Assembly: GCF_000372725.1 (NCBI RefSeq)
Contig: NW_005202428.1
Location: forward strand, 1,225,331-1,289,330
Source: Emiliania huxleyi CCMP1516
Taxonomy: Eukaryota
DNA: 64,000 nucleotides
Direction of reading: 5' to 3'
The notes beneath the pieces are model-generated. The model worked only from the letters and a program-made list of their open reading frames with translations, ran no database searches and was not told where the DNA came from. Positions 45,798 through 55,486 of the stretch are shown here, one piece after another. The position numbers and the translations under genes were made by a program. Position 1 is the stretch's first letter, and every line of letters starts with the position of its first letter.

Positions 45798-45905
45798 GGC
45801 CGACGGCCGACGGCCGACGGCCGACGGCCGACGGCCGACGGCCGACGGCCGACGGCCGACGGCCGACGGCCGACGGCCGACGGCCGACGGCAGACGGCAG
45901 ACGGC
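45798..45905. repeat. (GGCCGAC)n heptamer minisatellite upstream of HIRA
   Basis: About 13 direct GGCCGAC units that degrade to GGCAGAC. Confidence 0.9.
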
Positions 45906-46186
45906 ATACGGCCTAGGGCTCGGCTGGGCGCGCACGCGCACGCGCGCGCGTCGCGCGCCACGCGTCGCTCCGCGAGGGCGCGCGCCAACCGCGATTCGAA
46001 CCGGGGCCAAAAGGCGCCTGGAGCGACCGCGGTCCGGTCGCGCCACCGCGGCTGCGGGGCTGATAGAGCAGGCCGGCTGCGGCTCCTGATGTACCTCCGC
46101 TTTTGGGTATGGCGGTCGCGCGCTGCCGACGGCGCTCGCCGGCGCTACGGCGCTCGCGGCGCGCTCGTGGCGTTCAGGGCGGCTCG

Positions 46187-46199
46187 CACACGCACACGC

Positions 46200-46292
<93 letters not shown>
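46187..46292. repeat. (CA)n microsatellite
   Basis: Direct CA run. Confidence 0.95.
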
Positions 46293-46294
<2 letters not shown>

Positions 46295-46734
46295 CACAGA
46301 CACACAGCCCCTTCCCCTCCCCCCTCAAGGGCGAGGACACGCACAGGCCGCACCTCTAGTGAGGCCCGCATAGTATGTGGGAGACTCGTGCCGCCGCCCC
46401 TGCCACCCCTGTGTCAGTATGCCTGTGGTAGGAGAGACTGCCAGCGACAAGCTGGAGGCAGGTCGCTAGACTGAGATGAGACCGCCAGTGGATGTGGGAG
46501 TCCACCGCGCACCGCGCTGCGAGCCTGTCGTGTCCCTTGTCAGGAGCAGGAGAGCCCCACCTGTCCCCCTGATCGTTCTTCCAAAATCCTGCTCGTGCAG
46601 GTGGGGACCCTGTCCTCGTCCCATCCCTCGTTTGGCGTGTCTGTTTTCTTTCTTTCTTTCTTTTTCTGCCTTGGCTGTTTGCTTTCTTTGTTTCTTTCTT
46701 TCTTTCCTCACTCTCTTCTTCACTTTTGGAGAGA

Positions 46735-46933
46735 GAGAGAGATTTTTAGCAATACCAAACAACTCTAACACTCACACGTAATTTGGGGCCTGGAGCCCTG
46801 TTCACGCGCGCGCGAGACGCGCAGACAGGGTTGCCAGGTGAGAGCGAATGGCGCGGTTCACGCCTCGCACAACAGAGAAAGAGAGAGAGAGAGATGCGCT
46901 CTGCATGGTGGGACATAAAAGAGAGCGAGTACT
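46735..46933 (-). mobile_element. Short 3'-end fragment of the RLE retrotransposon at 37-38 kb
   Basis: Matches 36998-37172 (encodes PKYSLSFMSHHAERISLS) and ends on the minus strand in GGTATTGCTAAAAATCTCTCTC. Confidence 0.8.
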
Positions 46934-47086
46934 TGGGCACTTGGAGCACTTGGAGTGCGGTCATCAACCTCACGCCCAGGACCGGGGAGCTGAGAAGCGC
47001 ACCCAGTTGGCCGGACGCTCGGCATCGGGTTACGGGCTAGAGAGCCCTAGCCCCGGGGGTGCGCGGTCGCAGGGCCATAACACGGG

Positions 47087-47230
47087 TCTCCGAGGGTTGG
47101 CTCCGCGCTCCGGGTTTCCCCTAGCAGCAGACCGCCCCCTCTACTCGGAGCTAAAGAATACTCTCCGAGGGTTGGACCCGCGTACCAGGTTTCCCCTTAA
47201 CTGCAAGGACGCCCCCTCTACTCGGAGCTA
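47087..47230. repeat. Two imperfect ~70-bp direct repeats
   Basis: CTCCGAGGGTTGG...GGTTTCCCCT...GCCCCCTCTACTCGGAGCTA occurs twice. Confidence 0.75.
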
Positions 47231-48321
47231 GTGATACGTGATACGGGAATACGTACCGCCCCCACGCAGTACCTGCACTACTCGACGATAATACAAGAAG
47301 AATACGCAGCTTGGAAGACGCCTATAAAGAAAAAAAACAGCAAGCTAAATTTCGGCGGCTAAAAAGCAAAGGACGGGCGCTTTTGATCGGCAAAGCAAAG
47401 TTGGAGTAACGGCGACCGCGTCGCCACAATGCGAGTCGCCTGTCGAACAGCCTTGGCGGCGCGCATGCGCCGCAGGGTTGACCGACAGCCGCGCGCCTCG
47501 AGCCTCTCGCTCCACTCGCGGCACGACGCGCCCCGCGCGCCGGTCAGCGCAGCAGGAGTATTGCGACATGCTGCACAACGCCAGGGACAGCACTGAGAAG
47601 CTGGCGCCAGTCGCCCACCAGCATGTCTCAGCACCGGGTGAGGGAGCATGCTGCGCACGCTGATGCAGCACGAGGTCACCACCAATCAGGCCCTCACGCC
47701 ACTGCGCGGCCGCCCTCGAGCACCAGCAGCCGCGCTGCGCCATGCTCAAGCTCAGGAGGCCACCCTGCTTCTCGCAGCTTTGTGCAGCGCAGCGAGTGAG
47801 CAGCGCCGCACCAGGCGGACCCATGGCGTGTTCAGCCAGCCGTGAGGCGGAGGCAGGCCGAGTGAGCGCGAGCCGCGCGGGAGGCCATGCCCCGCGTACC
47901 GGCGAGCGAGTGGCACGAAAGAGTGCAAGTCGCGCATGCTTTTGCGTCGTATGGGCGAGTTTGTTCACTTTTGCAAAAAGAAAGGGAGAAGTCTTTCACC
48001 ATAGATTCGCCACACCAACAGCCCTACAACAGCTACTATGCGTCGGGGGTTTGGGAGCTCTGAACGTCGGGGCTACGTGGCTGTGTGAATGAACATGCGT
48101 GTCGCGCACTCATTCATGACCGGTCTCAATGCCCCACCCCCCTGCGCGCGGGCCTTCTAAGCCCGCGGGTAGTCCCCCCCCATCCCCAGGGCCTCCAGGG
48201 CTCGCACCTCAACCTCTCACAGGCCAGCGCACAGCGCCATATGAGGTATTTTCTTCTCAATAACAAGGCTGTGAACGCCCGAGAGACACTGCCGATCGAG
48301 AGCGAGTTGCTCAGCTTGCAC

Positions 48322-49308
48322 ATGTCAGTCTCTGTATCGACGCTCCTCCCCACCCGAACGGCTCGGAAGCGCAGCGAGGTTTGCTCTGCCTGCAGATACA
48401 CTGTCACCACCGCCCAGGCCTCGGCCGCACGCACCGCTGACCCGTACCTAGGTCGTGAGCCAGAGCGCCTTCGCCTTCCTCTTTTCCGAGATGATTCAGT
48501 ACTCGCAGACGCGGGTCAACACTGCCGATGAGCTCATCGCAAAGTGAGCACGCGCACACGCGGAGCCCGCGCCGCACGCGTCGCCTGCCGCGCACAGACG
48601 TCGCGGCACCCACGCGACGCCGCGCTTTTTCCGACGCTCCCGCAGGCTCGAGGACGCCGGCGTCGGCGTGGGCAGGCGCGCGCTGGAGCTTGCTTGCTGG
48701 CGCGAGAGGAGCTCAAAGCGAGAGACGCGCGTGCGCGGCATCCTGCAGTTCATCACCCAGGCGCCTGCTCCCCAGCGGCCGCCCCTTTCCTCCGCCGCGG
48801 CAGTCGCACGGTGAGCGGCCGGCGCCTCGCGTCAGGCGCTGTGGAAGTCGCTGTTTGGCGCGCACGCCGACAGCCTGCAGAAAGTCCAGGACTCGGACGA
48901 CGAATTCATGATTGTGGAAAAGGTGCCGCGGGGAGGGGGTGAGGGCGGGGGAGGCAGCCGAGGGGCGAGGGGGCGGGTCGAGCGGCGAGAGAGGAGAGAG
49001 AGCCAGCGGGAAGGGTGCGGTCTGAGCCCGCGGCGTCGCTGCCCAGGAGCCGCTCGTGAATGCCTTCATCTCCTCCGCGCCCGTCAACTGCGCTGCGTTT
49101 GTCGCCGGCGGCCGCACACCCTCACCGCCCGAGTCGGGGCGGCTGGGAAGGCGACTCGCGGTTCTCACGGATAGGCGTGGTTCGAGGCGTGCTCGAGGCG
49201 GCGCAGTTCCCAGCAGAGGTGTCCGCGCACGACAACGAGGAGGGGGCGACCGTGCTGCTCATCAAATTCGCGCCCGAGGTGCTTGAGCGGGAGAAGAGGC
49301 AGGCATGA
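48322..49308 (+). CDS. TRAPPC5: TRAPP complex subunit 5 (Trs31), ~6 short exons, not visible as one ORF
   Basis: Spliced peptides VSQSAFAFLFSEMIQYSQTRV, LEDAGVGVGRRALEL, KRETRVRGILQFI, LWKSLFGAHADSLQK, EPLVNAFIS...VNCAAFVAG, VVRGVLEAAQFPAEVSAH...TVLLIKF. Confidence 0.9.
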
Positions 49309-49440
49309 GGGCTCGACCTATTTATTCCTAAACTTTTTTCCCACCAAAATTCTTTCACGGATGATTTCACGCGATGTACATGTCCACCCCACCGCAGCCG
49401 CTCGCGCCGCCTCGCCGCCGCCTCCACCGCTCTCTCGCCA

Positions 49441-50784
49441 AGCACGCCGCCGCCCGCCCGCCTCCTCGACCACGACCTCTCCGTCTCCCCAGACCCCACG
49501 GACCTCCTTCTTCGCGCCCTCTCCCGCTGCGACCCCGTCGACATCGCTCGCGTCGCGGCCGTCTCGCTGCTCTTCCACGCCGCGCTTGCGGTGGAGGGCA
49601 TCCGCTTGTGGGCGCAAGAGCGCGGCTTCGAGCTGCCGGCGCAGCCAGAGGGCGAGAGCTGCGCCATGCGGTGGCTGTGCTTCGCTGCGTTGCTGCGCGA
49701 GTCCAACCAGCCGGTGAGGGCGGCTGCAGGCTATCTGCACAGCCTCTTCATCGACGGCGAGGGGCGGCTCTCGTCGTGCGGCTCAGCGGAAACCGTCCCA
49801 GGGCTCCTCGGGCACGGCGAGGGCGTGACGCGGCTCAACACGCCGACCCGCCTCCCGTCGACGCTGGATGAGCGCGTCGTGAGCGTGTCGGCTGGAGACG
49901 CGCAAAGCCTCGCTCTCACCGCCGACGGCAGCGTCTGGAGCTGGGGCGAGGGAGGCTTTGGCCCGCTGGGCCACGGCGACCGGCAGACCCAGCTGCTGCC
50001 GAAGAAGGTCGAGGCCTTCGCGGGGCGGCGCGCCGTCGCTGTGTCGGCTGGAGCCGCGCACAGTCTCGCCATCACCGCCGTCGGCGCTCTCTGGAGCTGG
50101 GGCCATGGAGGCGACGGCCGCTTGGGCCACGGCGACGAGCAGCACCAGCTGCTGCCCAAGAAGGTCGAGGCCTTTGCTGGCCAGCGCGTCGTCGCTGTGT
50201 CGGCTGGAGGAACCCACAGCCTCGCCACCACCGCCGACGGCGCTGTCTGGAGCTGGGGCCGTGGAGACTGGGGCAAGCTTGGCCACGGCGACCAGCAGGG
50301 CCAGCTGCTGCCCAAGAAGATCGAGCTGTTGGCGGGGCGGCGCGTCATCGGTGTGTCGGCGGGAGCACGGCACAGCCTCGCCCTCACCGTCGACGGCGCC
50401 GTCTGGGGCGGTGGAGACTGGGGCAAGCTTGGCCACGGCGACGAGCAGCAGCAGCTGCTGCCCAAGAAGGTCGAGGCGTTGGCTGGGCAGCGGGTCGTCG
50501 CTCTCTCGGCGGGAGGGGAGCACAGCCTCGTCATCACCGCCGACGGCGCCCTTTGGTCCTGGGGCAGCGACGAGGAGGACCAGTGGCAGCCGAAGAAGGT
50601 CGAGGCCTTTGCTGGCCAGCGCGTCGTCGCTGTGTCGGCTGGAGTATACCACAGCATCGCCCGCACCGCCGACGGCGCCGTCTTCACGTGGGGCGAGGGC
50701 GAGGACGGCTGCCTAGGCCACGGAGAGGACGTGTCGGACCAGCTGCTGCCCAAGAAGGTCGCGGCGTGGGCGCCGGGGCAGTGA
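49441..50784 (+). CDS. RCC1/UVR8-like repeat protein with an F-box-like N-terminus; start unresolved
   Basis: About 6-7 repeats of VVAVSAGxxHSLAxTADGAVWSWGxGxxGxLGHGD. In-frame upstream LLDHDLSVSPDPTDLLLRALSRCDPVDIARVAAVSLLFH resembles an F-box. Confidence 0.85.
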   Translation, partial: STPPPARLLDHDLSVSPDPTDLLLRALSRCDPVDIARVAAVSLLFHAALAVEGIRLWAQERGFELPAQPEGESCAMRWLCFAALLRESNQPVRAAAGYLHSLFIDGEGRLSSCGSAETVPGLLGHGEGVTRLNTPTRLPSTLDERVVSVSAGDAQSLALTADGSVWSWGEGGFGPLGHGDRQTQLLPKKVEAFAGRRAVAVSAGAAHSLAITAVGALWSWGHGGDGRLGHGDEQHQLLPKKVEAFAGQRVVAVSAGGTHSLATTADGAVWSWGRGDWGKLGHGDQQGQLLPKKIELLAGRRVIGVSAGARHSLALTVDGAVWGGGDWGKLGHGDEQQQLLPKKVEALAGQRVVALSAGGEHSLVITADGALWSWGSDEEDQWQPKKVEAFAGQRVVAVSAGVYHSIARTADGAVFTWGEGEDGCLGHGEDVSDQLLPKKVAAWAPGQ

Positions 50785-51045
50785 TGAGAAGGGCGAAAGG
50801 GTGCAAGTGACGGTCAGTGTTGCCCCGTGCTATGCGCTGAGCCCCGCGGCTTGCCGCGCGCCCTCCTGCCCCCCTCCGTTGCTGCTCTCGGTCGGAATGG
50901 AGGCCGTGAGGGCCTCCCCCCCGCCCGCGGGCACGGTCTCCCGCGCATGTGTCGCGCACAGTCATGTCATGTGCTGCGAGATACGTACCCCACCCCCGCA
51001 GCCCGCAGCCCCAACCGCACCCGAGAGTCCCGCGGGACGTGTCCC

Positions 51046-52222
51046 CAGTCGGTCTCAGCCCTACCTGGCCATTCTAGATTATAGAATGGCATCCTTACAT
51101 CTAGAATGGCGTCTCGCGCGCGCTCACCCGGCCGCCTCGCAGCCCCAGCGGCCGGGGGGCGCTTGCCGGGGTTGGGGCTGGTCACACACAGGCGCCACTT
51201 TAACGCGGCGAGCCAGAGGAGTCACACAGGAGAGCCCCCAACATGCCACATTTTCAGCAGCAGACGGGCCGCGGTGAGGGCCCATTCTGTATCGAAGAAT
51301 GGGGTCCGCCGCCGTCCCCCACGGCCTTCTCACGCCCCCAGCGGCGGCGTGCCGCTCGGCCAGACTGGTGGGGTTCGCGCACAAGCCCCAGTTCAACACA
51401 GAGAGCCCAACAGTCCGCAAATGAGAGTCCTCCCCCCGCCCCCAAACCAGAGCAGACGCCGGGGGGTGCGCCACGTATGGCAAAAGCAAACGCACGATGG
51501 CCGCCGGCGGCCGTTGAGCGCTGCCGCCGTTCGAGCCTTGGATGTCAGTCCGTCGCCGCCTGTGGCGAGGGCAGTGGAGGTGTGAGATTTGTGCTCGCAA
51601 GTGGTGGGCGGGCGAAAGGGTCGGGCGGCGAAAGAGAGCAGACAGCAGACAGCGCGAAATGCGGACTACTCGTGTCACATCTACTCCTCGTGTCACCTAG
51701 TCATGGTCGTCGCTTCCCTGGCCGGTCTCCGAGTCCTGCTCCTCGCCCGAGTCCTCGTCCAAGTTCGAGTAGTCTTCCTCCTCTTCGTCCTCTTCGTCTC
51801 GATCTCGTCGAGCCGGCTCCTGGCCCGACGCCCGTGACGCTGGGGCCGACTTGCTACGCGCGCTGCGACCCGGACCGCCACCTCTGCTGCCGCCTGTGCT
51901 ACCCGTAGTCCTTGCCGGCGAGCGAGTGCCTTTTGCGGGGCTGTCGCCAGAGCGGGTGTCGCCACGGCCGTCTTCTGATCTGTTTTGTGGTCTGCGGACT
52001 GCGCGCTGCGCTGCGCTGCGCGTCTCGAGGCGCGCCGCAACACAGCCCGTGTAAATGGGGTAATGGATAAACCAAGCATCCCCGATGGCCGGGGGGATGT
52101 CCCATGGCCCCGGGGTGGCCGTGGGCACGCAGGGGGCGCCGCTACGGGCCGCTGCGGCGCCCATTCTACTTCGAAGAATGCCATTCTTGAAACTAGAATC
52201 TAGCTAGGTCTGAGACCGACTA
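51046..52222. mobile_element. Putative non-autonomous TIR DNA transposon (~1.18 kb)
   Basis: Perfect outer IR AGTCGGTCTCAG (51047-51058)/CTGAGACCGACT (52210-52221) extends to an imperfect ~65-bp IR containing ATTCTAG and AGAATGG motifs. CAG/TAG termini. No TSD found. Confidence 0.7.
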
Positions 52223-52896
52223 TGGTTTTAGACGCTACTATGGTCACCAGTAAACAAAAATTCGACTTTGAGGGATCATATCTCAAAAGACTGAGTGAGA
52301 GCATAGCATTATTATTGCATATTAGGCCGCATAAGGTCAGACTTGACCCCATAAGCATCAAGTAAAACCCGATGCTCCGGCTCGACTGTGCCGGCACACT
52401 GCCTCTTCGTGCCTGCTGCCAGCAGCCGTCGCGGCCCGTGGTGCACCAGAGAGAGAGGTCGATCTAGCTAGGTCTGAGACCGCAGTGCCTAGAGCCAGTC
52501 CAGAGTCCACGCCCCGCAGCCGCACCGCCAACCGCGCATGGCACACGGTGTTTATCCTTTGGCTTTTCGTTTCTCGCCTTGCGTGGGTTGTAAAATTCTT
52601 TGCCGTCGCCCGCGCCTCGCCTGTCGCGTGAATCGTGTCGTGCGACCTCAAAGCGAAGAATTCTTTTCTCGTGGTGTACCTGTGTTAGTGCCAGTGCGAG
52701 CCAGTCCCGTGCCCAGTCCTGTGCCCAGTGTTGTGCGAGGGAGTTTTGTTGTAAAATTCTTTTCTCGCCTTTTTGCTTGCTCGACTGCCCGCGTGAGTCT
52801 CGGTGTCAATCTGGCGTCGAAAGGAGAGAGTGCGGTGATTTACAGCAAGGTCCGAGAACGACAAGCTCGTCTCTCGCTGCGCAAAGAGGAAATCAC

Positions 52897-53538
52897 ATGT
52901 CGCTCCGGCTCATCGGTAGCGCCCGCTTCCGCCCGCTTCGCAACCTGTGGATGCTCGAGGAGCTCGGCGTGCCGTATGTGCACGAGCCGGTGCGCCCGCG
53001 CTCTGCAGAGGCCAACGCGAGCAATCCCTTTGGCAAGGTACCGACGCTGATAGACGGCGAGTTTACGATATACGAGAGCGTCGCGATAAACACCTATCTC
53101 GGCGACAAGTACCGAACCTCCGCGCTGGAGCTGGTGCCGCCGCCCGCCACGACAGCGCGCGGCCGCTACGAGCAGCTGATAGCAACCATCTACGGCGAGC
53201 TGGACTGCCAGGCGCTCTGGATCCACCGCAAGCACGCGAGCGACGTGGCAAAATTCATCGGCGCGCCGAACCCGGAGGCGACCGAGGTTGCTCGCAAGCA
53301 CGCCGACAAGGTGGTGGACGTGCTCGCCGACGAGCTGGGCCGCTCCGGTGGCGAGTACCTGCTCGGCAGCCAATTCTCGGCGGCCGACATCCTGCTGGTC
53401 CACTGCTGCAACTGGGCCGAATCGATCGGCTGGGGCGAGCGCTGGAGCGGAGAGGCGCCGCAGCTGCAAGGCCTTGCCGCCTACCTCGAGCGTTGCCGCA
53501 GCCGCCCTGCGTATGCACGGGCAAAGGCGCTGCCGTGA
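52897..53538 (+). CDS. Glutathione S-transferase family protein, intronless
   Basis: WMLEELGVPY, NPFGKVPTL, IYESVAINTYL, YLLGSQFSAADIL, YLERCRSRPAY. Confidence 0.93.
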   Translation: MSLRLIGSARFRPLRNLWMLEELGVPYVHEPVRPRSAEANASNPFGKVPTLIDGEFTIYESVAINTYLGDKYRTSALELVPPPATTARGRYEQLIATIYGELDCQALWIHRKHASDVAKFIGAPNPEATEVARKHADKVVDVLADELGRSGGEYLLGSQFSAADILLVHCCNWAESIGWGERWSGEAPQLQGLAAYLERCRSRPAYARAKALP

Positions 53539-54739
53539 GCGGCGTTCACGTAATTTTATCCGTCCGCACGTGCGTTTACGCATCCCTCTACCCCCATCCG
53601 CCGTGGCGGCCCGTGGTGCCGCCCGTTTTTTCAATGCTTTCTGTGTGAAGGTTTCGTGTCTTTCTCTTGCTATCTATCCCGTCTCGAGTTCTCGACTGTC
53701 TGTGCTTGTGCGTCTTGGGTCCGGGAGGGTTGTGTTTTATGTGAAGGCTTCGTCGGAGTCTTGGCCTGGGCGCTCGAGTTCTTTTCGGGAGCCGGTGTGC
53801 GGTGTGGCGTGTGCCAATCCGACAAAACAACTCTCTCTCTCTCTCTCCCAATCCGCGCCAGTCCGCGCCCCTAAATAAATAAATACAACGGACATCCCAA
53901 GCTAGGGCTGGGTCGAGGACAGACACGTCCCCACCTTTGCAGGATTTTGCAAAAGCGAGGGGGGAGGGCGCATCGCCGCGCGGAGAGGGCTCTGGGCACA
54001 GGGCAAAGGGGATCTCTCTCGCATAGGATATGCACTCGGCGGCACGAGGGCAATTCTGGGCGTCCTATGTTTGTGCTCCCCCCCGGACCCCTCGCTCTCG
54101 GCCCCTACCACACCCCTGTCGTGCGGGCGTTCGAATTCTTTTCGGGAGACGGACGCGAAGAAGAGGTGGTGCTAACCTCTTCGGACCCCATGCTTCGCTC
54201 ATGCTTACCTGTGAATCACGCCCGCTGTGAAAACATTTTGCGGGGGGTTTTTTCGCCAGTCAATAGAGCATGAAAATACCTTTCAAACGGTACCTTTCTG
54301 TCCTCCAGAGTCGAAGAACTCGTCCGGTGGCTGGCCGCCAAAGTGCTGGACGCGCACACTGGTGAGCGCGGAGCACACTGAGGGAGCTGTCCTCGGCGCA
54401 GCCGATCGGCTCCCGCGGCCTGGATGGTGGCAGTGGCACTCTCTGAGGCTCCCTGATTTTTTCTGGTATTTGTTGAGCACTCTCTGGTCACCTTCGCCGG
54501 GCGAGCCTGGCTCTCGCTGCACAGCGGCGCGACCCGCGGTGAGGCTGCCGATCGTCGAACTGGGCTTAGCTCTCAGTCAAGATATTGTGCATATGGTCGG
54601 TCTCTACAATATCTTGACTGAGCACCACCGATGAATCGGCAGCAGGGAGACAGGAACGCTCGCTGTGTGAGTCGGCCACGCAGAGGTCGGAACCTGGGTC
54701 TGAAGAGGTTCTAACTGAGCACATACACGTGGTGTATAT

Positions 54740-55394
54740 ATGTCACTTTCCGCTCACACCTCCGGGACCGGCGGCGGACTCGCCACCGTGCTACCAACGC
54801 CCGTGCAAGTTGTCGCCACGCCAGCCGGGCAGGTCGCGCCAAACCTCGACAATGTTTCCACGATCCTGGAGACCGCTGATGGTGAGTTTGCGATCACCGA
54901 TCCCCTCGGCAGTCGCCAGGTTCCCATCGGTGTGCACGTGGGCGAGCGGGCGATATCTCTCGCCGGATGGGACGCTCAGGCGAATGCGCCAGCTACGCTC
55001 AACGCCGCCTCGGCTGGCAGCGACTGCAAGAGCCTTCGCGCGGCCGCGTGCTTTGTTCGTCCGGGCAGCGTGCTGCTGGGCGAGGCGGCGGCGGCTGAGT
55101 GGAGCCGGCGGCCGCAGCACACGCTGCTGCGCCCGACGCGACTGCTCGGCCGCTCGTACTCCTCTCTGGACGGCGCGCGGTGGCTCTCGACAGAGGAGGC
55201 CTTCTCTGCCTGTCCGCTCGCACCGGACCGCGACGAGGGAGGCTTCACCGCCGGCCGCGCGCGCTTCGCCCTCTCCCACGAGCGCTCCGAGAAGGAGGTC
55301 CGCCGTCGCCTCGCCGCCGCCGCCAACAAGGGGTCCAAGACGGATAAAAAGCGCATTCTCGAGGTGGAGACGATGGTGGCGCCCGAGGAGGCGG

Positions 55395-55486
<92 letters not shown>

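Noticed and set aside
47345..47970. Possible coding remnant
   Set aside because: Only short ORFs in shifting frames with no recognisable homology.
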